Positions 57,101-64,000 of a DNA stretch of 64,000 nt are shown here, piece after piece. How positions within the stretch are numbered: position 1 is the stretch's first letter; the number at the start of each line of letters is the position of its first letter. The notes under the pieces were generated by a model. That model was given only the letters and a program-made list of their open reading frames with translations, had not been told where the DNA came from and made no database searches. The translations under genes were made by a program, and so were the position numbers. The DNA is from Anaerolineae bacterium. GTDB taxonomy: Bacteria > Chloroflexota > Anaerolineae > UBA1429. The DNA lies in the NCBI GenBank assembly GCA_963675785.1, contig OY776562.1, positions 1,664,001 through 1,728,000 of the forward strand, given 5' to 3'.

Positions 57101-57476
57101 GCGCGATACCTACACCGACACCACCACACGCCTGAGCGTGTCAGAATCGGGCCAGCAGGCCAACGGCGAAAGCATTTATGCCCGTATCTCTGGAGACGGC
57201 AGCACAGTGGTTTATCAATCCCAGGCCACGAATCTGGTCAGTGGGACCGACGAAGCACTGGAAAGAGTATATGCTTGGAACCGCGCCACAGGCGAGGTGC
57301 TGCTGGTTTCAGTCAATAGCTCGGGGCAGCAGGCAGCCGGTGCCAGTTATAACGCCGCCGCATCCTATACAGGCGACTTGATCGCCTTTGTAAGCGATGC
57401 AACCAATCTGACCATCAATGACGATAACGGTGCCCGTGACGTGTTCTTGCAGCAGAGAGACGATCTTTTGCCCTAG
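54129..57476 (+). CDS. Secreted multidomain protein: FG-GAP/VCBS repeats, BACON-like, proprotein-convertase P-like, Thr-rich linker, TolB/PD40-like propeller
   Basis: Signal peptide ..ARAQ; DxDxDGDxD repeats; W.S.SPSSG.G; GTWRLEIRD; SADGRYVAF.S.A.NLV.GD.N repeats; GTG 54129 after GAGG (alt. TTG 54108). Confidence 0.85.
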   Translation: MRDNYRRLVWVVIALICIVCASTSARAQDATTLLLPDASLVALTPWPGTGSSPQLVIASNDGSVQLLTRQTGDTLWSTTTIGSLTAASALCSADFTGDGLIDLAGISNSTHQLVWWLNSGSTFTRYILASNTDNVYGVSGLVAADLDDDGDTDLITTAMLSGRLVWWKNIGLDTFTPITLNTSLDQPQGCVILDWDDDDDLDVLTIERTTISLWRQSDTHTFTRVILASGLSQGAALQVADLDNDVDLDLVSYDSSTRLVQWWKNDGSDNMTAYTIARAVNSPCHLATGDMNGDSLSEVAASAGDDILVWRNSGGTFSEVLLDGAFTSARGICLIDMNTDGRLDAVGASRAKGLVWWALEDTSSVWPPSLDCGPFTNSTTLELSYTSGTIWSASCDADWVSLSPSSGSGSGSIKVTFNRAAIPEGYGRTHITITTNQGTALVPLVAVNPPEGRWAMIPLIMRDAMSESRQTLPEGSVPGMLVTACSSTGKAITSGSLITSTITVADTRPLRDVYVTLNIDHPSFSSLGAWLIHETTGTRITLFLQPAGGCSTYASDLILRDDGNTAVNSACWAGSGTWSSLVPLDPLQRYEDESFGGTWRLEIRDYGSDSSGQLVSWCLQGYVYAPTAVPTALPTYTPTPTATATVGATYTPTATSTATATATATSTSTATATATATNTPTVTPSPTATSTPVPIDYPALISQNTSGEVGQSASDWPVVSADGRYVAFESLAQDLITYDYNYAQDIFVRDMQLGKTVRVSLGPSGQASNDECRDADISADGRYVVFTSIGTNMISGVTDGSAQVFLRDRDVSGSGTYDTAGNVQSYVVSESLVGITGNDNSGHASVSNDGNLIAFESDAGNLVSGDSNNFSDILVKNMSTGAVERISVGLEGAEPDGNSRYPAISSDGRYVVFVSYASNLVEDDTNLVSDIFIYDRQTDTMERISTASDGTESNGQSLWPSISADGRYVAYHSEASNLVIGDTNALPDSFLRDTYTDTTTRLSVSESGQQANGESIYARISGDGSTVVYQSQATNLVSGTDEALERVYAWNRATGEVLLVSVNSSGQQAAGASYNAAASYTGDLIAFVSDATNLTINDDNGARDVFLQQRDDLLP
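56001..56210 (+). repeat. Low-complexity Thr/Ala/Pro linker-coding repeat
   Basis: PTATATVGATYTPTATSTATATATATSTSTATATATATNTPTVTPSPTATSTPVP. Confidence 0.8.
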
Positions 57477-57495
57477 AGATAGACCTTTTGGCGCA

Positions 57496-57524
57496 TTGAC
57501 GGCCATTTGTGCAAGTGTTAAGAT
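57496..57524 (+). promoter_or_regulatory. Sigma70-type promoter
   Basis: TTGACG-17 nt-TAAGAT with TGn extension. Confidence 0.6.
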
Positions 57525-57571
57525 TGGCGTTCATACGCTTGAAAAGGTAGCATGTCGCTCAGGAGGGGGAC

Positions 57572-58216
57572 ATGGAAAAGCTGCAGCTGCTTGAACGCGT
57601 CTTTGATACGGGTATTATCGCCATTGTTCGGCTTGCAAGCGCCGACGTTCTCTCAGCAGTGACCGACGCCATTGCAGAAGGCGGTGTACGCTGCATCGAA
57701 TTTACCATGACCACACCCGGTGCATTGGATACCCTGGCCGAGGCTACCGCCCGCTATGGTAAGGATGTCAGCTTTGGCGCCGGCACTGTCCTGGATCCTG
57801 AGACGGCCCGCGCGGCCATCCTCGCCGGCGCACAATTCATCGTCGCCCCCAACCTCAACCCCAACGTCATCACTCTCTGCAACCGTTACAGCATAGCGGC
57901 CATGCCAGGTGCACTCACCCCCACCGAGATCGTACAAGCCTGGGAGCTGGGCGCTGATGTGGTCAAGGTGTTCCCCGCCGACAGCATGGGCCCCAGATAC
58001 ATCAAGGGCGTGCTAGCGCCGCTGCCCCACATCAAGTTGGCCCCCGTAGGAGGTATAACCCAAGAGAATGCAGTCGACTATATCCGTGCAGGGGCGGCCT
58101 GCCTTGGCGTAGGCTCCAGCCTGGTAAATAACGCCAGCATCGCTGAACACAACTGGACCGATCTCACGATACGCGCACGCGCTTTTATCGATGCTGTTTT
58201 TTCTGCACGAGCCTAA
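57572..58216 (+). CDS. eda: KDPG/KHG aldolase
   Basis: IEFTMTTPGA, GAGTVLD, PGALTPTE, VKVFPA, PVGGI. Confidence 0.92.
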   Translation: MEKLQLLERVFDTGIIAIVRLASADVLSAVTDAIAEGGVRCIEFTMTTPGALDTLAEATARYGKDVSFGAGTVLDPETARAAILAGAQFIVAPNLNPNVITLCNRYSIAAMPGALTPTEIVQAWELGADVVKVFPADSMGPRYIKGVLAPLPHIKLAPVGGITQENAVDYIRAGAACLGVGSSLVNNASIAEHNWTDLTIRARAFIDAVFSARA

Positions 58217-58242
58217 TTGTTCGCCGTGATTGGAAAATAATA

Positions 58243-59538
58243 ATGTCTACTTTTAGTCCCGAACCTGTAAAGAAAAACGAAAAACACTGGCAGCGTGATC
58301 TATGGGTATTGTGCGCTATACAATTCCTCACACTCACTGGCTTTAACGCTTATATGTCCTTTATCGCCTTTTACTTTCAAGAATTGGGAACACAAGGCAT
58401 CGAAGAAACCGCCCGCTGGACTGCCCTGGCCTGGACACTCTCCTCGGTTGCCTTGATGGTCTCTTCACCAATATGGGGAAATCTGGGAGACCGTATCGGT
58501 CAGCGCAAAAACCTGGTACGTGCCACATTCGGCGGTTTGATTGTGGTTGTACTCGCATACTTTGTGCAAACGCCGACTCAATTCACCATCACACGCGTGT
58601 TGCAGAGCACAATCTGCGGCACCGTATCTGTGGCCACTGCTCTTACCGCCACTATGGTACCCATCCGAGAACTGACCAAAGGCCTTGGCTTGCTACAAAC
58701 AACACGCTTTGCAGCAGCCGCGTTAGGGCCGATCGTAGGCGGGCTCATCGCCGATGCTTTTTCATACCGAGATGTGTTTCTGTTCAGTATCGTTATGATG
58801 GTCATAGCGCTGGTGCTGGCACTGGCCTTTCTACCTGAATATCCAGTTGCTCAGGCCATCACGCGCCAAAGGCAAACGTTCAGGGATATGCTGGGAGTGC
58901 CTTCGGGACTCAAAGCTACCAGCACAATCATGATCGCCACGTTAGCGGCCATGGCCTTTGCCGATTTCATCATTAGCCCTATATTTGCCCTCTATGTTCA
59001 AGAGCTTGCACCGATAGGCGCCAATCTGGGCACACTGACCGGTGCGCTAACCGCCGGAACCGCCATTGCTTCTTCAGTGGTGGCTATTCTCGCAGGGCCG
59101 CTCACCAAACGCATCGGCGAAAAGAACCTGCTGGTCATCAGCCTGCTGGGCGTGTGCGCTACGCTGATACCTCAAGCTCTGGTAGGCAGTGCCAACCAGT
59201 TATTCATCTGGCGCATTTTACAGGGTGCCTTTGCCGGTGCACTCATCCCCACAGCAAACGCCATTCTGGGGCACGCCACATCTCCCGAAGCACGCGGCAA
59301 AGTATACGGCGTATCGGCCAGTACACAGGCCGCCGCACGTATTCCAGCATCTCCGCTGAGCGCCTGGATGGTTGCGGCGATCAGTATGCCCTCTGTGTTT
59401 ATTCTGGCGGCTGCCGTTTACGGTGTGCTCGGCCTGGTGGTACTGAGCAAAGCCCAGATGAAAAAGGGCTCTGAAGAAATTCGGAATATGGAGCAGATCC
59501 CCACCCCCGAACCTGGTTGTTCTACACCTGCGCTCTGA
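58243..59538 (+). CDS. MFS transporter (DHA1-like)
   Basis: SPIWGNLGDRIG.R, GPIVGG, RGKVYG; about 12 TMs. Confidence 0.88.
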   Translation: MSTFSPEPVKKNEKHWQRDLWVLCAIQFLTLTGFNAYMSFIAFYFQELGTQGIEETARWTALAWTLSSVALMVSSPIWGNLGDRIGQRKNLVRATFGGLIVVVLAYFVQTPTQFTITRVLQSTICGTVSVATALTATMVPIRELTKGLGLLQTTRFAAAALGPIVGGLIADAFSYRDVFLFSIVMMVIALVLALAFLPEYPVAQAITRQRQTFRDMLGVPSGLKATSTIMIATLAAMAFADFIISPIFALYVQELAPIGANLGTLTGALTAGTAIASSVVAILAGPLTKRIGEKNLLVISLLGVCATLIPQALVGSANQLFIWRILQGAFAGALIPTANAILGHATSPEARGKVYGVSASTQAAARIPASPLSAWMVAAISMPSVFILAAAVYGVLGLVVLSKAQMKKGSEEIRNMEQIPTPEPGCSTPAL

Positions 59539-59539
59539 T

Positions 59540-59580
59540 AAAAAAAGAGGCAGAGCCCACCCACAGGCCTGCCTCTTTTA
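59540..59580. terminator. Bidirectional intrinsic terminator
   Basis: AAAAGAGGCAG...CTGCCTCTTTT. Confidence 0.8.
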
Positions 59581-59593
59581 GTTGCTCTACTAG

Positions 59594-60805
59594 TTAGGGG
59601 CGCCAATCCTCAAAAGCCGGGAATGACTTGATAGTCTCCTCTGGCCAACCCAGCATACGGCATTTCATCCAGATATAGTAGCAATAGTCGTCCCACGCTA
59701 CCTCGGCGGGGCAGCGATGATCGATGTGTGGAATAAACCCACCGGCGGCCACAGTAGGCTCTAGCCGCTTGAGCTCATCCAGAATGGCCTTGCGTCCCTG
59801 ATGCAGCACAAACTTGTCGAATCCACCTCGAATGAGGATATCGCGGCCGTATTCTGCCTTGACCGCCACTGGATCGTTACCGGCGTTCACCTCAAAGGGA
59901 AACATACAGTTCAGGCCTACCTCCAGCCATAGCGGAATCAGCTTGAGTATATTGCCATCACAGTCCGTCCAAATGACATCCACGCCATGGCTGCGCAACA
60001 GATCCATCACTGGACGCATATGCGGCATGATACGTGTTTTGAAAAAGCGCGGGCTGAGGATAGGGCCGCTGTTAAAGCAAATGTCTTCCCAGCCAGAGGC
60101 AGCGTCGAACCAGCCAGCTTCCAGCACAGCTGGCAGATGGCGCAGGGTAAGATTGGCCATATGCTCGACCATCTCTTCCAACAAATTGGGGTCATCCACC
60201 GACAGGTAGGCCAGGTTCTCAAAGCCGATCCAATCGCGCAGCTTGCCAATATAGGAGCCATGTTCCACGCTCACGGGATTGGTGGTTGTGCGTGTAAAAG
60301 AAGCACGGCTTTCCAGCTCCTCTGGTGTGTAAAAGCGTCCCTCGTATTCGGGGTCGAGAAACTCGTCGCGAAAAGCCTCCCAGGTGGCCCTATCTTTGAT
60401 GGGGAATGACAGAAAATGCGGAATCGTGATAGTGCCCGATACTTTTTGTTCAACCAGCACGCCCAACCCATCACGATAGATATGCTTGTTCTCGCTGGAT
60501 TCGATCTCGACCGGCTCACGCTGCGGCATGGGCCCAATACGCGGATTCAATCCCTCAAACTGCTCGATGCCAAAATACTCTTCCACCAGGCGATTAGGAA
60601 TAGACCCATCAGGCTGGCGCATGGACTCGGGCAGATGCCCCTGGATCATCCATTCTTCTTTGAGCTCGTCCCAGTAGCCAAACTCCATGTTCGAAACATA
60701 GTCGACCTGCTGATAGTGCATTACCCGATTCCAGCGTTCACGCGAGGTGAGTGTGCCGCCGGGTAGGTCGTCGCCTTTTCTAATCTCCACCACAATCTCC
60801 TTCAT
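59594..60805 (-). CDS. Uroporphyrinogen decarboxylase family protein
   Basis: TSRER, WEDIC..SGP.LSP, DCDGN, FPFEV.AG, GGFDK, GGFIP..DH. Confidence 0.85.
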   Translation of the reverse strand: MKEIVVEIRKGDDLPGGTLTSRERWNRVMHYQQVDYVSNMEFGYWDELKEEWMIQGHLPESMRQPDGSIPNRLVEEYFGIEQFEGLNPRIGPMPQREPVEIESSENKHIYRDGLGVLVEQKVSGTITIPHFLSFPIKDRATWEAFRDEFLDPEYEGRFYTPEELESRASFTRTTTNPVSVEHGSYIGKLRDWIGFENLAYLSVDDPNLLEEMVEHMANLTLRHLPAVLEAGWFDAASGWEDICFNSGPILSPRFFKTRIMPHMRPVMDLLRSHGVDVIWTDCDGNILKLIPLWLEVGLNCMFPFEVNAGNDPVAVKAEYGRDILIRGGFDKFVLHQGRKAILDELKRLEPTVAAGGFIPHIDHRCPAEVAWDDYCYYIWMKCRMLGWPEETIKSFPAFEDWRP

Positions 60806-60875
60806 CAGATCGATTCCTCGTCATAATACCAAAATCTGCGCCGGTGTCTACCGGCATACCCCTCAAAAGCCCATC

Positions 60876-60903
60876 TTGACACATTAAACAGAGCGGATAT
60901 GAT
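60876..60903 (+). promoter_or_regulatory. Promoter of ABC operon
   Basis: TTGACA-16 nt-TATGAT. Confidence 0.55.
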
Positions 60904-61019
60904 GAATTGTGATTTGTGAGTGCTTTTTATGTGAACCCCCACGAGCGTCCCGTCCACCCACAATGCCTTGGGTCGCTGTGTGGGTTTGTTTTGTTTAAAT
61001 TTCTGGAGGTGTCACAACG

Positions 61020-61948
<929 letters not shown>

Positions 61949-61952
<4 letters not shown>

Positions 61953-62665
61953 GGAATGTCTTTTTAATCATGAAGCGCGAACTTCAGGCTTATCTTGCTT
62001 CTCCTATGGCCTATATTGTCACAGCCGTGTTTTTGGCGGTGGTTGGCGGCATCGAGGGCGTGGTGCTCTACTATAGCCAGGAAGCCTCAATGTACTATGT
62101 GTTTGGCGATATTGTGACGGTGCTGTTCCTTGTGCTTACCACCCAGCTCATGAGCATGCGGTTGGTGTCTGAGGAAAAGCGCAGTGGCACCCTGGAACTG
62201 TTAATGACCACCCCCGTACCCGATTGGCAAATCATCCTGGGCAAATATCTGGCTTCGCTGGTTATGTTGCTCGCCATGTTGGTACTCAACCTCGGCTTTC
62301 CTTTGGTACTTACCAAACTGGGCAATCCGGATCTGAGCGTATTAGCCAGCGGCTACCTGGGCTTTTTCCTGTTGGGTGCCGCCCTGCTCGCTATCGGCCT
62401 CTTTGCCAGCTCGATTACGCGCAACCAGATCGTAGCCGCCATCGTGGGCCTAGGCATTGTACTCGTGCTCTGGATGGCTGGCGGTGTGAGCGATGTGTTT
62501 GGTGATACATTCGGCAGTGTGGTGGTTTATCTTGGGCCCTTTGACCACTATATCGATTTTGTCACAGGCATCATCTCTAGCAAGCACCTCGTTTACTATT
62601 TCTCTGTGATCATTTTCTTCCTGTTCGCTAGTACGCGTGTCGTCGAATCCCGGAGGTGGAAGTAA
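61949..62665 (+). CDS. ABC-2 permease (GldF-like)
   Basis: KREL..Y..SPMAY, SEEKRSGTLELL.T.P, GKYL, NQIVA. Confidence 0.92.
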
Positions 62666-62666
62666 C

Positions 62667-64000
62667 ATGAATACGCTCAAGCGTAACGCCACCTGGATCT
62701 CGTTGACCGGGCTGGCGCTCGTTGCCATCGGTCTGTTCTCCCGAGCTGTTATTGGCAGCTATACTCTATGGATGGAGATTCTACTGGGTGTGGGCGCCGT
62801 GCTCACCCTTTCGTACCTGCTGCTGGCGCCTCAAAACGTCCGCAAATGGTTTGGGGGGCGACAGGCCCGCTATGGCTCAAATTCTGCCTTGATGATGGTG
62901 GCCCTAGCTGCCATCCTGGTTATCGTCAATATACTGGCCAATGGCAGTGAAAAGCGCTGGGATGTTACTGAAGAAGGGCTTTATACACTCTCCCAAGAAA
63001 GCAAAGACGTCATTGCCCTGCTGGATGAGCCAGTAGACATCAAACTGTTTTACACCTCGTCGAACTATTCACTCAGCGAGGTTGAAAACCTGATGACCCA
63101 ATATGCTGCCGAATCGGACATGATCTCTTACGAGTTCATCGACCCCGATACGGATCGCACGGCCGCTCTCGCCTATGGCATCGATACCGACGGTACTACT
63201 ATCTTTATTCGTGGTGACCGCCAGGAGACCACCTATGGCACCGATGAGAGCGATCTGACCAGCACCCTGCTCAAAGTGACTCGGGATGAGGCAACAAAAG
63301 TCTACTTTATCACCGGTAACGGTGAGCGAAATATCGACGCCTATGACACCTACGGCCTGGACACTATCGTTGGTGAACTGGAAGCCCAGTTCTACGAAGT
63401 TTCCACCATCAATCTATCCATCGAGGCCATCCCCTCCGACGCCGACCTGGTCATTGTAGCGGATCCAACCGAGCCCTATGACGATCAGGAAATGCAGTAT
63501 CTGCGTGATTACCTTAGCGCTGGCGGCGGTATGATGATCATGCTTGAACCCGGCGAACAAACCGCCTTTGAAGAGCTGCTGGCTGAATATGGCGTACTGA
63601 CGCCCGATACCCTCGTGGTAGACGTTGCCAATGGTTTTTACGGCGATGTGGCCACACCCATCGTCGATACCTATGAATATCATCAAATCACCAACGACCT
63701 CACCGGTATGAGCAGCGTGTTCAGCACCGTGCGCGCTCTGGAAATTGACCAAACGGTCGAGGACTGGAACGTAACAATGTTGGTCAGCTCCAGCGACTAT
63801 TCCTGGGCTGAGGTGGACTATACCGCCGACCAGGTCGAGCAAAATGATACCGAGATCGCCGGCCCGGTGGGTATGATGGCCGCTGTCTCAGCGGATAGCA
63901 GCTCGGATGCAGAAGCGCGGCTCGTTGTTGTAGGCGATGCGGACTTTTGCAGTAATACCGTGCTCTATTCGATCACTGGCTCTGCCAATACAGAGCTGTT
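62667..64000 (+). CDS. GldG-like ABC auxiliary component (partial, runs off window)
   Basis: ATG 62667, N-terminal TMs, RWDVTEEGLYTLSQES, YEFIDP, YFITGNGE, GDADF; absent from the ORF track because no stop is in the window. Confidence 0.85.
   Translation, partial: MNTLKRNATWISLTGLALVAIGLFSRAVIGSYTLWMEILLGVGAVLTLSYLLLAPQNVRKWFGGRQARYGSNSALMMVALAAILVIVNILANGSEKRWDVTEEGLYTLSQESKDVIALLDEPVDIKLFYTSSNYSLSEVENLMTQYAAESDMISYEFIDPDTDRTAALAYGIDTDGTTIFIRGDRQETTYGTDESDLTSTLLKVTRDEATKVYFITGNGERNIDAYDTYGLDTIVGELEAQFYEVSTINLSIEAIPSDADLVIVADPTEPYDDQEMQYLRDYLSAGGGMMIMLEPGEQTAFEELLAEYGVLTPDTLVVDVANGFYGDVATPIVDTYEYHQITNDLTGMSSVFSTVRALEIDQTVEDWNVTMLVSSSDYSWAEVDYTADQVEQNDTEIAGPVGMMAAVSADSSSDAEARLVVVGDADFCSNTVLYSITGSANTEL

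Overview
Bacterial chromosomal window, roughly 55% GC by eye. Gene content and 'xxLPLIxR'-type motifs in secreted proteins suggest an anaerobic Chloroflexota/Anaerolineae-like organism; this is inference only. About 59 CDS; no rRNA, tRNA, CRISPR array, integrase or transposase recognised. Main blocks: (1) three tandem DHA3/MefA-like MFS paralogs; (2) a PHP-MFS-sulfatase operon; (3) an AT-rich nuclease-STAND ATPase gene (Avs-like antiphage candidate) which, with a GNAT gene, lies between two copies of a 25-nt palindromic repeat core; (4) a 12-gene group-4 membrane-bound [NiFe]-hydrogenase operon in Mbh gene order with three antiporter-like subunits and no MrpEFG module; (5) a Tat-exported protein with four Cys/Asp-rich repeats, translationally coupled to a NapH-like membrane polyferredoxin and lying next to an ECF sigma/zinc anti-sigma pair; (6) a 30-aa bS22-like ribosomal protein gene missed by the ORF track; (7) a stand-alone subtilisin-propeptide-like gene in front of a signal-less S8 protease; (8) lipS1-lipS2-gcvT; plus sugar-metabolism genes, two URO-D-family genes, two large sensor kinases, secreted multidomain proteins and a GldA/F/G-like ABC system truncated at the window end. 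All calls come from motif recognition by eye; no database searches were run.
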